The notes beneath the pieces are model-generated. The model saw only the letters and a list, made by a program, of their open reading frames with translations. It did no database searches and was not told where the DNA came from. From Octopus sinensis (taxonomy: Eukaryota), in contig NC_043012.1 of assembly GCF_006345805.1 (NCBI RefSeq), forward strand, positions 2,852,001-2,916,000: a DNA stretch of 64,000 bases, given 5' to 3'. Of this stretch, positions 37,770 through 51,434 are shown piece by piece; the first letter of the stretch is position 1; each line of letters starts with the position of its first letter. A program made the translations under genes and the position numbers.

Positions 37770-38143
37770 GGCGCAGCAGTGGCTGTGTGGTAAGAAGCTT
37801 GCTTCCCAACCACATAGATCCGAGTTCAGTCCCACTGTGTGGCACTTTGGGCAAGCGTCTTCTACTATAGCCTCGGGCCGACCAAAGCCTTGTGAGTGGA
37901 TTTGGTAGACGGAAACTGAAAGAAGCCCGTCGTATATATATATAATGTGTGTATGTGCTGGTGTGTCTGTGTTTATCCCCACACCCCCCACCATCGCTTG
38001 ACAACCGATGTTAGTGTGTTAACGTCCCCCGTAACTTAGCAGTTCGGCAAAACTGACCGATAGAATGAGTATAGGCTGGGGTCGATTTCTTCGACTAAAA
38101 GGCGGTGCTCCAGCATGACCGCAGTCAAATGACTGCAACTAGT
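37770..38143 (+). mobile_element. SINE family K
   Basis: Full-length, diverged. Confidence 0.85.
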
Positions 38144-38591
38144 ATAAAAAAAAAAGAAAAGAAAATTTTTTAAAATGAATATAGAAAGCACAAACTAAAA
38201 TTCTACGCTTCAGTTTCTTTTCGAATAAAAAAGTTAAGTACCTAATCGTTTCCTGTAGCTTAAAATATTTATATTTCATTTATTTTTTAATTATATAAAT
38301 ACCTTTTTTTTTAAATACATTAAAAAAAAATTTTGTTCCATGCCTGAAATGCGTCGGAGTATTTTTTTACTTTTCGCTAAAGTACACGGCGAGTAAAAAA
38401 GAAAAAAAAAATAATATAAGGAAAGGAGTTGCAAGGAAACATCACTATTAGAACGACTAAATAGTCTTTGTGAACACGTGACACGGAGGGTCACAGTTCG
38501 AAAAGTTTCCGCTTTTAATAAAATATACACGTCCTTCTTTAATTTTATATTCTTTTCATTATTTTAGTTTTCTCCTCACTCCATATACGTA

Positions 38592-38594
<3 letters not shown>

Positions 38595-38657
<63 letters not shown>

Positions 38658-38908
38658 ATGCATGTATGTACGTATGTATGTATGTATGTATGTGTGTGTG
38701 TGTGTGTGTATGTACGTATGTATGTATGCATGTATGTACGTACGTATGTATGTATGTATGTATGTATGTATGTATGTATGTATGTATGTATGTATGTATG
38801 TATGTATGTATGTATGTATGTATGTATGTATGTATGTATGTATGAATGTATGAATGTATGTAAGTATGTAGTATGTATGTATGTATGTATGTATGTATGT
38901 ATGTATGT
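38595..38908. repeat. (TATG)n compound microsatellite
   Basis: ~310-bp tetranucleotide tract. Confidence 0.95.
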
Positions 38909-38910
38909 CA

Positions 38911-39313
38911 TTATTACCTCCGCCTAAGCGAAGGCGGAGGTATTGTTTCAGTTGTGTTTGTTTGTTTGTGTGTCTGTGGACAAGATATCTCAAGATGGAT
39001 TCGGATGAATCCGTTTCAAAATATCTCAAGAGAATTCGGATGAAACTTCCAGGGACGTTTGGCTCATGACTGGCACGAACTAATTAGATTCGGGGACCGA
39101 TCCGGTACCAGACAAGGATTCTAGATTATTTTTCCTGTTTTTTTTTTTTTTTAACTTAATTTTTGAGAGCGGTTGGGTTCATTTTTAGTATTCTCGTTTG
39201 CGAGCAGTCGCGCTTATTTCAGATGCTCTCATTTTAAAAATTATCTCTGGCCAATCGTTGAGAGGACGTTTATGTTGCCTTGGCAGAGGTTTGTGCTCTC
39301 TCAGTGCTCTTGT
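38911..39313 (+). mobile_element. HINE/DINE-1-like (Helentron-associated) element
   Basis: Starts TTATTACCTCCGCC..GGCGGAGGT (subterminal IR), GTTT microsatellite, ends CTTGGCAGAGGTTTGTGCTCTCTCAGTGCT in T-rich DNA. Confidence 0.65.
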
Positions 39314-40389
39314 TCACTTTATTTCAGTTTCTTGCCAATAGAGAAAGAACCGGTTTCTAACCTAGATCCAAGGTTCCTTCACTGGAATTTCAACATCAAC
39401 AACAGGATATGTATGTATGTGTATGTATATTATTGCGAATCCAGAAAAATAAATATTATTTATTGCCGTTGAAGATATTCGAAGTCCTGGCTTTCCTTTC
39501 GACAAATAATTTAATGTAACAGGATAAGACCGGCACCCCTCAAGTGTTCCGGAGACCTTCATCTTTGTTACAAATGTTTGGAGTGTCAATATTACAATAC
39601 GAAACATCTTTTGTTATAATGGTCAAGTAGTTAACCATTTCACCAATTATCTACTCGATTATTTCATTAATTGTTTGGCCAGTCAATCAGTCAGCTAGAT
39701 TCGTCAGAGATCTTTCGTTGCCATCATCGGATCATCAGTAATATAGTCTCTCTACTCCAGGGTCGTATGCAATAATATGCTATCGTTTTTAACTAAAACA
39801 CCGTAAACAAAGGAGTCACTATAAATTTTTAGAGTATAATTGTTATTGTTTTGGCTTACTCTTACACTCCCAGCAATATGAAAAAGAAAACTTACTACAG
39901 GAATGGTTTAAAGCAGCTGTAATCCCCGTATAGATTAGAGCCAGCATATATTGCCATATGTGACCTTCACCCTGAAATATAAAACAAAGTCAAGAGTACG
40001 TAGTAATCTGAAGGCTCATAGCAGTAAGATTCAAAAGCCCGTTACAAGTATATGTCTGCAATAAGAAAATAGTTGTGCTTGATATGAAATTGGTGACCAA
40101 CAACATGTATGTATGTATGTATGTATGTATGTATGTATGTATGTATGTATGTATGTATGTATGTATGTATGCATGCATGTATGCATGTATGTATGAATGT
40201 ATGTATGTACATACGTACGTGTGTGTGTGTGTGTGAATGCGTGCGTACGTGTGCGTGTAAAATGTGCTGGTAATACCGAGGAAGCGGTTACAGCGAATTA
40301 TGCAACAGGTCATTCAGCTTGCGTAATAGCGACAATCGACTTAAGGAAATGCGTATATGTTATATAAAGCTTTAAAATACCTATTATGT

Positions 40390-40449
<60 letters not shown>

Positions 40450-40680
40450 TGTGCGCGCGTGAGTTTGTGTGTATGTTTCTATGTGTGTATATGTGTGTAT
40501 GTGTATGTAATTGCATGTGTGTATAGGTTAACATGCAATTTAGTAATTGCTATAGAAACCGGAAGTGACGACAGGAAATCCTATAATTTCATTACATTCT
40601 ATATGAAAACGATATATATATATATATATATATACTGTATGTTTGTGCGTATTATGTAACAATATAAAAACTTTATGAAC

Positions 40681-40716
<36 letters not shown>

Positions 40717-40733
40717 GCATCACACACACACAA

Positions 40734-40771
<38 letters not shown>

Positions 40772-41273
40772 ACACACAGAACGTACATATGCTTTATATA
40801 GCATGAAGACAAATAATGTATGTAACGTACGTATCATTCAGAGGAAAACATGAGTCATTCATATGCAAAAGGAGTTTCGCGAATAAGTTTTCTCAATCTC
40901 TGAACCTATTTCGCTACATATGCGCATGCAGATACCCTGTAAATATGCATCATTCGTTCCGCATTGTCGCCTGAGTTTCTTCTTGGCGAGCATCCATCGC
41001 CTTTCGATGGTATGGGGATGGATGATCTCATCATTGGAATTAACATTAAAAATGGAATTAAAAATTATCTTGCAGAAATGAGATGTTGTAGAAATCGTAG
41101 AAATCCATAACTCGCAATTACACCGAAAATATTTCTTTTGTGCAAAGCGATCAGCAGAGAGCTGAGTAAAAGTTACAATAATTGCGAGATTATTTTATAC
41201 GTGTAATTAGTGAGTGTCTCTGCCTGCTTGCTTGTCTGTCTGTCTGTCTGTCTCTCCCTCTTCCTCTCTATCT

Positions 41274-41339
<66 letters not shown>

Positions 41340-41857
41340 TCACACACACGCAACACACAAGTAGGTATATATCTATATATGTATATATATGAATAAATAT
41401 ATATGACTATATATATATGTATGTGTGTGTGTGTATGCATTTATATGTATATGCATGTATATATGTATATTTGTTTAAATATATATATATATATATATAT
41501 ATATACTGCCACCTACCTACATAATTATACATATACACAGACTATGTATACACATGTCTATGTATGTATGAGGAGGGTACATAAGCAGTTGCAGCTCTCT
41601 TATACACAGAAATAATATCTTGATGGACCTTGGAAGGACAAGTCGGATGCGAGGATATTGACCGGTCGAGCTGGGTAGACTTCGACTTCCGTTAGTCTCT
41701 CTCGTTTAGAGAAATTGAATCAGTAACACTAGTCAAGATGTCTGTTATAACAGAACAAATTTAGCTGATTTAATCAAATACATAGTCAAAGAAGTAATGA
41801 TTTTTTTTTTTGTGACAGAAAGAGTCTGTGTACCTATGTAAATATTGATTTCACATT

Positions 41858-42052
41858 TTGGCACAAGGCCAGCAATTTCGGGGGGTGGAGACGAGTCGAT
41901 TACATTGATCCCAGTACTCAAGGAGTATTTATTTTATTGACCTCAGAAAGGACGAAAGACGAAGTCGACCTCTTCAGAATTTTGAATTCAGAACATAAAG
42001 ACAAAGGAAATGCCGCTAAGCGTTTTGCCCGGTGGGTTAACGATTCTGCCAG
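41858..42052 (-). mobile_element. SINE family M, tail B
   Basis: GGCACAAGGCC...GAATTCAGAACATAAAG...CTGCCAGC. Confidence 0.75.
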
Positions 42053-42085
42053 CAGGCAGAATGTACGTGTATATGTGTGCATTGT

Positions 42086-42397
42086 GGAGGCACGTAGTCT
42101 AATGGTTACGGTATTTGCCTAACGATCTTTAAGGTCGTGAGTTCGATTCCCGGCAGAGCGTTGTGTTTTTGAGCAAGTCACTGTATTTCAAGTTGCTCCA
42201 GTCCACTCAGATGATGACAAATGAGCTGTACCTGCATTTCAAAGGGCCAGCCTTGTCACATCCTGTGTCACGCTGAAGCTCCTTGAGAATTACGTTAAGG
42301 ATACACGTGTCTGTGGAGTGCTCAGCACGCTAATTTCATGACGGTCGTTCCGTTGATCTGATCATCTGGAACCCTCGTCACCGTAACTGATGGAGTG
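42086..42397 (+). mobile_element. SINE family R, short form
   Basis: GGAGGC head, B-box GAGTTCGATTCC, same tail as 28327. Confidence 0.8.
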
Positions 42398-42514
42398 ATA
42401 GTTATGCGTGTCTTTGAATTACTGGCGAATCAAGAGTATTTGCATTACCCAAGAATGACAAATCAGAAAATATGTCAACATTATTATAAAGAAATGTTTT
42501 ACTCAGCTGATTGT

Positions 42515-42890
42515 CTGATCTGGCGAAATGTTTAGCGTTATTTCGTCTGCCGCTCCGTTCTGAGTTCAAATTCCGCCGAGGTCGACATTGCCTTTCATAT
42601 TTCCGGGGTCGATAAATAAAGTACCAGTTGCGTATTACAATCGATCTAATCGACTGGCCCCCCTCCCACCAAATTTCAGGCCTTGTGCCTATAGTAGAAA
42701 GCATTAGTAGTGTGTATCTGAAGGCGGCGATCTGGCAGAATCGTTAGCACATTGGACGAAATGCTTAGCGGTATTTCACCCGTCGCTATCTTCTGAGTTC
42801 AAATTGCTTAGAGGTATTTCATCCACCTTTACGTTCTGAGCTCGAATTCCACCGGGGTCGACTTTGCCTTTCATCTGTTTGGGGATTGAT
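42515..42890 (+). mobile_element. Two family M SINE copies
   Basis: 42515-42702 has tail B; 42722-42890 is partial with an internal duplication. Confidence 0.7.
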
Positions 42891-43824
42891 ATAAACGATC
42901 TCCTTCCCTCAGGCACTGCTATCCCTTTGTTAAAATTCGAAACCGTTTTTAGTGTGTGTCTAGGGCTAAATAAATATGTTCTTTAATGAGAAACAACAGG
43001 GAAACTTGACAGTGTTCTTTTGGCGGGCCCAAGGGAATTTGTGCAGGGTCGCACGACCCGCTAAAAAGTACACCCTATTAGACAAGGTATCATTCATAGT
43101 ATTTAGTAGTAGATACACACCGTTATAAAATGAAATCTAAATACAAAAAACACAATTCTGTATTGTAATTGCTACATGTAGTTGTGTATGTGTGTGAGAG
43201 TGATTTGTCTAATGCATATCACTGAAAACAGCTTTCCGTATTCAGTGAGTTTTGTGATATTTGATGGTACTGTGATAATTTTACCCATGTTAGCAGGAGG
43301 CTCGACTTTGCTATCCCTGCCGGTACCCTCAAGCTGGGTAATAATGATTCAGTGCTTAGTCCAATGTGATAGTTGCGAAATTTAAGGGAGAGTTGGCTGA
43401 ATTTCACTTCATAGCGAGGGTTGTTCAAACGCTGTGACGGAAAGCATTACCCGAAAGTCATTAAAAATTGAAGGTAAAAACCAAGCCCTGTTACTTTGGT
43501 GTGAAGAGTAGAAAAGGATAACTAACTTTCCAGACAGAGACGACCATCGTTCGACACCATCAAGCACATTGTCTAGGCATCAGCCATTTTCTTCTTTTAC
43601 TGTAAGCTAACATACGACGTTAACTTAGCCAATGCAGACGATCACTTTAGTCAATGAAATCTGTTCTCGTGTATTACCCACTGTTGAAAAATAAGCTCCT
43701 TTCATACAAGACAATTTGTCCATAGATCAGCACACCACCGTGCAGACTGCGATAGTCAACGAAATAGAATAAAATTTTAAAACTTATTCCTTCTGTGCTG
43801 ATCGGCACCAAAGATCCACGGGGT

Positions 43825-44050
43825 GGAGGTGCATGGCTTAGTGGTTACAGTGGTGGACTCATGTTCGAAAGATTGTGGTTTCGTTTCCTGGACTGAGCGA
43901 TGCATTGTGCTCTTGAGCAAAATACCTCATTTCATGTTACTCCAGTCCACTCAGCTGGCAGAAGTGAGTCATCCTGCCACGGACTGGCGTCCCATTCAGT
44001 GGGGGAAATATATACACCGCGGAAATCGGGAAACCAGGAGTCTCTATGAC
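43825..44050 (+). mobile_element. SINE with family R head and V-domain-like segment
   Basis: GGAGG head and CCAGTCCACTCAGCTGG middle, then CTGCCACGGACTGGCGTCCCATTCAG (43974-43999) instead of the usual tail. Confidence 0.6.
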
Positions 44051-44747
44051 TCGGGAAGGGTCTATCCAATTGATCCACGGCCTGGCAGACTTATGATAGG
44101 CGCCTCAGCAATGACAACCTCGCAGGGTTTTTTTGCATACCTAGGATTGCATTGTCTAATGTGGGATTTTCTTTCTTAAAAGAGTAAGGTGTGATTTTTG
44201 AGAGGCCAGGCGGAGCAACTATACACGCACCTCGTTCACTCGCCCACATATCCATCAATTCGGGTGGATGGCGAGAGAATTAGAATCTTTCAGAATGCAA
44301 CAGTCAGCTCTTTACAGCCCTTCACGTGTGTATATCCCTGCCACTATTGGGAAATAAAAGAACCCTAAATAAATGGATTAAATTGTACTGACCAAGCCAT
44401 CCCACGTATCCTAGAATTTCCTCAAAGACATGAATATATTTATGAAATTTTCTTTCCTTATATATATATTCATTATTTTAATTTTCTCCATCTTTTCTAT
44501 TAATTATCATGAGTAAAAATTACCCGAAAATCGTTTATTAACACCAATACTTTTCAACGCACCCGTGAGCTCATCTCCATATCTTCCTATATACATTGAG
44601 GGTACTCGGCTCCCTAATCAGAAACCGCTGTTTATCAGTAACTCATAAATTCGTATACCCGTGCGCACACACATGCACGTACGTACACACACGCACACAT
44701 ACATACATGTGTGTGTGTGTGTGTGTGTATGCGTGCATGTATATATA

Positions 44748-44903
44748 TTTCTTTATTGCCCACAAAGGGCTAAACATAGAGGGGACAAACAAGGACAGAC
44801 AAAGGGATTAAGTCAATTACATCGACCCCAGTGCGTAACTGGTAATTTATTTATCGACCCCGAAAGGGTGAAAGGCAAAGTCAACCACGGCGGAATTTGA
44901 ACT

Positions 44904-44940
<37 letters not shown>

Positions 44941-45822
44941 CATTTTAACAGTGAACCTCAAAGTAGATACAACTATACGCAAGGGGATGCAATATATTAG
45001 TTTCAAAATTTGGCAAAAAGCCAGCAATTTCGGGGAGGTGTTAAGTCGATTACGTCGACCCCAGTGTTCAACTGGTACTTATTTTATCCATCCCGGAAGG
45101 ATGAAAGGCAAAGTCGACCTCGACGGAATTTGAACTCAGAATATGAAGTGGGACGAAATGCCGCTGAGAATTTCGCCCGGCGTCATAACGACTCAGCCAG
45201 CTAAGAGTATGCAATACATTGATTTCTAATTTTGGCACCAGACCAACAATTTCGGGAGAGGGGATAAGTCGATTACTTATTTTATCGACCCCGAAAGCTT
45301 GAAAAGAGGAATTCGAACTCAGAACATAAAGACGGACGAAATACCTATTTCTTTACTACCCACAAGAGGCTAAACACAGAGAGGACAAACAAGGACAGAC
45401 GAACGGATTAAGTTGATTATATCGACCCCAGTGTGTAACTGGTACTTATCTAATCGACCCCGAAAGGATGAAAGGCAAAGTCGACCTCGGCGGAATTTGA
45501 ACTCAGAACATAAAGACGGACGAAATACCGCTAAGCATTTTTCCTGGCGTGCTAAAGATTCTGCTTGCTTGCTGCCCAAGAATATGCAATATATGGACTT
45601 GAGAAAGCAACGAAACCGTTAGCGCGTTGGACAAAATGCTTAGCTGTGTTCCTTCCGTTTCTTTCCGATCTGAGTTCAAATTCCGCTGCGGTCGACTTTG
45701 CCTCGCATCCTTTCGGCATAAATAAAATAAGTTCCAGTTTGAAAACTGGGGTTGGTTTAAACGACTAGCCCTCTTTCCCACTCGCCTTCCCCCTATTATT
45801 TCAAGCCTTGTGCCTATGGTAG
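44748..45822. mobile_element. Cluster of five family M SINE units in both orientations
   Basis: 44748-44903(-), 45008-45200(-), dimer 45230-45570(-), 45612-45822(+). Confidence 0.85.
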
Positions 45823-46983
45823 AAAGAATATACTGGGTGAAAAATAAAAATAAAACCTTTGAATGGAAAAGGAAAGAAAAGAACAAAAGAACAAAAAAAA
45901 AAAAGGGCCGAAACACTCATACATATAAATATACACTCAACGCAGGATCTTAGGCACACGCACGCGCGTTGTTGTTTTGCACAGGTTAACTTTGATCGAG
46001 TAGACCTGGGATCAAAAACGTTCCAGCCGTGAGCGTCTCGTCTCTTTTCTCCCAGACCATCGTTATATACTAACCAATGCGTCCATTTTCTATCTTTTAA
46101 TTTTTATGACTGAAGGGTATTCGGTTGCTCTTTCTAGCAAATCCAAGCAACCACGAAGAAGCTCCCTCGTACACACATACACACACACACACGCGCGCAC
46201 ACGCATATGTCGAGTGAGATATCCAGTAATGTAGCTATGGATGGGTGGTTATGGGTCAGTCTGCCCCCGGGCGACGCATTTATAGGGCGGCACTTTTTGG
46301 GGGAGTGGTGGTGGGTGGTGGTGGTGGTGGTAGTAGTAGGGGTTGGGGGTCTGCTGTATTAAGTTTGTATTGGTTTGGGGACCCGTGATGTGGGGGGGGG
46401 GCGGGGGGGATAAACAGCAAACTCCAAGGGCTGTTACGGATGGCACACACACACAAACACACTCCAGCTACGTCACTGGAAATATCAAATGGTAACACGT
46501 TCGATTTCTTGTTTAACCTTATTTCACGCGATTACCACTACCACTACCACCTCCACCACCTCCACCTCCACAGTCTGCTGCTACTGTTGCTACTGCTAAC
46601 AACAACAGCAGCAACAACGATGATTCATTCCACAGTCATTTCTTGAAATGACGATCTCCAGCACAAAACACAAGGCCGCATCATTTTTCGAGGGAGGAGC
46701 GTGGCGAGGGGGGGGTATGGATGGGTGGGGGTAGGGGTTATTGTTTACTTCTCAAATTCTGTTCACATGGAAGATAAATTGCAGTGTTTTATTTATGCAT
46801 CGATCCCAGCACTCGAGTGGGAATTTATTTTCACTACCGCACTTAGAGAGGGATGAAATGAAAAATTAAAGATTTGAACTCACAATATTGAAAAGGTGGA
46901 ATAAATAAATAAATATACTGCTAGTCGTTTTGTCCGGCGCTCCAACGATTCTGACCCCCCGCCCCTCACCGCAACTCCCTTCA

Positions 46984-47357
46984 TACTCTCTTTTACTCTT
47001 TACTTGTTTCAGTCATTTGACTGCGGCCATGCTGGAGCACCGCCTTTTAGTCGAGCGAATCGACCCCAGGACTTATTCTTTGTAAGCCCAGTACTTATTC
47101 TATCGGTCTCTTTTTGCCGAACCGCTAAGTGACGGGGACGTAAACACACCAGCATCGGTTGTCAAGCGATGTTGGGGGGGGACAAACACAGACACACACT
47201 ACAGGCTTCTTTCAGTTTCCGTCTACCAAATCCACTCACAAGGCATTGGTTGGCCCGGGGCTATAGCAGAAGACACTTGCCCAAGATACCACGCAGTGGG
47301 ACTGAACCCGGAACCATGTGGTTGGTTAGCAAGCTACTTACCACACAGCCACTCCTG
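46984..47357 (-). mobile_element. SINE family K
   Basis: Near-full copy with a short internal microsatellite. Confidence 0.9.
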
Positions 47358-48113
47358 ATAATTATTTTCTAATAATAGGTGCAGTATTTTATTGACCCCG
47401 AAATGATGAAAGCAAAGTTGAACTCGGTGAGATTTGAACTCAGAACGCCAGTGCATTTTTTGTTTTTTTTTCCCAAGGATCCTAAATTATTCTATCAATT
47501 TACCGCCTACATGCCTTTGTGTTTACAATAAATAATGATTTTAATTCATTTCTGACTTTAAACAATATAGGTGGTGGATGGGTGCACAAACGGTCGAATC
47601 GACCTATTTTCTCGAGCCTTCGTCTCCAGAAAATAAATAAAATGGAGAGCATAAAATTGCAAAGTCGAACACAGTGGGATTCGAACTTAGAATGTAAAGG
47701 GGCGTAACTAGATAAATCTCTCTAATGTTCTACCGTTTCTTCCAAATGACTTCTTACATTGATACAACGTCAATATTTACAGCAGCGGTATCCAAGCGCC
47801 ACGTCGCAAGGGAATTTGTCGAAGAAGATCCGCGGGTTTTTAGCAATGAAATTTAAAGGTTTTAGAAAATCTGTATTAATGCTTGTTATATACAAGTGTG
47901 GCCAATAAAACTAAGCAATAGATTTCAAGTGGCTTTTAAAAATTTTTAATTTTTATCTTTATAACGCAGAATTAAAAAAAAAAAAAACTTTTGCCATTCG
48001 AAGTGCACCTATATATTTCATTCTCATTCGATCACCTGTATACCAGGGACTAAGAAAAGATTGAGAATCACTATTCAGGAGAAGAAATTATATATATATA
48101 TATAATTTTTTGT

Positions 48114-48410
48114 CTTTTACTTGTTTAGGACATTAGACTGAGGCCATGCTGGAGCACTCCCTTGAAATTTAGCCGAACGGATCACTCTCCCGGTATTTAT
48201 TCTTTAAAGCCCGGCACTTATTCTATCGGTGTCTTTTGCCGAACCGCTAAGTTATTGAGACGTAAACACACCAACACCGGTTGTCAGGCGGTAGGTGAGG
48301 GGAATACGGACCCAAAGACATACACATGCATATATGTATACGACGGGTTTCTTTCAGTTTCTGTCTACTAAATCCACGCACAAGGCTTTGGTTGGCCCGA
48401 GGTTATAGAA
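48114..48410 (-). mobile_element. SINE family K, 5'-truncated
   Basis: Tail and middle are collinear with the consensus. Confidence 0.75.
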
Positions 48411-48929
48411 TACACTCACATACATAGATATGTATATATGAGCGCGTGTGTGTGTGTGCGTGCGTGTGTGTGTGTACATATGTATGTATGTATTCGCGTG
48501 TGTGTATGTGTGCGTGCATGTGTATGTATGTATGTGTGTATGCGCGCGTGTGTGTGTTGCTATTATAGTACTAACTGGGCCATGGATATTTAAGCGGAAG
48601 CCTAAAATGATGTGATTAGAGGCTCGAAAACAAATTTTGTCCGTTGCTCTGTTATTTCTTTCTCGAGACATTTTTTGTTAATGTCTCAGAGGAAGAAGGG
48701 CTGTACTCATGGCATTGTTAGGGGCCAAGTTTCTTCACGGCGGTGTTAGGAAACTTGGCTTCAATGCAGGTGCGGCGCTTGAGCCGTGAGGTTAGTGTTG
48801 AGGCACATTAAGTCCCACCACCCAGTATTAAGAGACGGTTCCTTTGGTGCACGTCCGCCGCCCAGTTTTTGCCCAACTAAATTTTATCAAACAAGGCCTT
48901 GGTCGAAGAACTCTCAAAGAACTTCGTGT

Positions 48930-48969
48930 CATCATCATCATCATCATCACCACCATCATCATCACCACC

Positions 48970-49027
<58 letters not shown>

Positions 49028-49091
49028 CCACCACCACCACCATCATCATCACCATCACCATCATCATCACCACCATCATCATCACCACCAC

Positions 49092-49183
<92 letters not shown>

Positions 49184-49185
49184 CC

Positions 49186-49240
<55 letters not shown>

Positions 49241-49307
49241 CCATCACCACCACCACCACCATCATCATCACCATCACCATCATCATCACCACCATCATCA
49301 TCACCAC

Positions 49308-49376
<69 letters not shown>
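48930..49376. repeat. (CAT/CAC)149 trinucleotide array
   Basis: 447 bp made only of CAY units. Confidence 0.95.
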
Positions 49377-49377
<1 letters not shown>

Positions 49378-49446
49378 GTCGCACGAAGGCCTAGAATTTA
49401 TTGGCTTCTCTTATAAAATGCACGGCAAGAATTTAAATATACATAC

Positions 49447-49494
<48 letters not shown>

Positions 49495-50191
49495 TGTTAT
49501 TTGCTTCGCGCACGCGCACACATATGCACACACATACACACAAGCACGCACGTGTATATTTACATTTGAGGTGGGCGGGGTCGGGTGCAGTAAATGCCAT
49601 GTTTTTCACACAGGTAAACAAATGGATACATAGGTATACTCGATGGGTGTGCATACTACACGTACACAATCTCAAATATACTGCAAACATATATTACTCA
49701 TTATTCATGTAATTGACTAATAAAAAAAAACAAAAACGAAACAAAACGAAACAAAAAATCCTGTTAGCGATTATTGTATGTGCTGTTGTTGTTGTTGTAG
49801 TAGCTTTGGTGGTGGTGGTGGTGGTGGCGATGGTGATGATGATGATGGCGATGGTGATGAAATCTGGCATGCCGTGTACCTTCTGGTTTTATTTTCAAAA
49901 AAAAATTTCTCACCAATTGGGCAAAATATTCGGATTCCAAGAAACAAGGCTTTTTCTTTGGAATTTAGGACATCATCAACTCATTACAAAACTATACACA
50001 CACACACACACACACATGATTACTCGTGTATATATTTGTGCGCGTGCATGCATGCATGCATACATGGTTCTATTTCATTGCATATGCGATCCCTATGTTT
50101 TGACTTCACTTCTATTTACGTTTGTGTGTCTTTGCGTCCATTACGTGCGTAGATTCAGAAACAAGCCAAAATCAGGGATTCTCACAGTATA

Positions 50192-50244
<53 letters not shown>

Positions 50245-50858
50245 GCGTTTATATCTATGTGTGTATTTAGTGCATATGTGTAATATGTACGCAAGCAGGT
50301 ATCCATGTAACCCATCCGTCCGTCCGTCCGTCCATCCAATCTATCCACTCGTCCATGCATGCATGCATTCCCGCACTTTCGACAGCATAAAAATACTTTA
50401 CATATTCCGTTTGTACACCAACTGACACAATGCATATAAATAAATTTCATTCTTTTGATTTCAACGATTAACACACATTATTCATTTTCTTAATGCAATT
50501 TTAAAAAAAAACAAAAAAACTATTTAACTGCAAAATTTTGTTGACCGAAATCTCTGCTATTATCTTCAAAGTGTACAGCTTAACTTTTTACTGCAATAGT
50601 TATAGAATTTCTTGCCAAAATATTATGATCGCTCTCGCAGTTACGTAACTTTGGAACCAAACTTTAAGGGAGCTAAGAGGCAAGTCTTTTATGCTGTGTC
50701 GTCGGTTGGTTAAGAATTAAATGCGAAACTTCTCCAAACGGTTGCAAGAAATTTTAGAATATATATACATACATTCACAAATACATACATATATATATTA
50801 CATGTATGTATATGTTATTTGTTTAGTTTTATCCAAGAATATAGATTTTAATCGCCAA

Positions 50859-50915
50859 TTCTTCTTCTTCTTCTTCTTCTTCTTCTTCTTCTTCTTCTTC
50901 TTCTTCTTCTTCTTC
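50859..50915. repeat. (TTC)n microsatellite
   Basis: Pure tract. Confidence 0.95.
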
Positions 50916-51174
50916 CGCTTTCTAGATTACATAATTTATAAAGTTGTGAGCTGTTTCGTAACCTTCCTTTTGTTTCATGTCCAAATTTATAGTTTATGAT
51001 TATTCTGATTATTGATTGAGTCAAAACCTTTGACGTTGTAAATAATTTTTCTGATTTTTTTTTTTAAAGTCTAAACCAAGAAAAAATTTCACATATAAAT
51101 TTTGCTCTTTTTCATTTGAGCATAATTCAAACTTTTACAAAACCGGAATGAAATTAAAAGAAAGGAAAAGATCA

Positions 51175-51226
51175 TACATACATACATACATACATACATA
51201 CATGTGTATGTATGTATATATATATG

Positions 51227-51260
<34 letters not shown>

Positions 51261-51298
51261 TGTATGTATGTATGTATGTATGTATGTATGTATGTATG

Positions 51299-51332
<34 letters not shown>

Positions 51333-51376
51333 TGTATGTATAGAGGGAGAGAAGAGAGGGAGAGAAGAAAGCAAAG

Positions 51377-51432
<56 letters not shown>
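51175..51432. repeat. (ATAC)n/(ATGT)n tract followed by (AAT)n
   Basis: Compound simple repeats. Confidence 0.9.

Positions 51433-51434
<2 letters not shown>

Noticed and set aside
48786-49633. Poly-His, poly-Ile, poly-Ser and poly-Met ORFs of 180-240 aa
   Set aside because: All are frames of the CAY microsatellite, which has no stop codons; no coding context.
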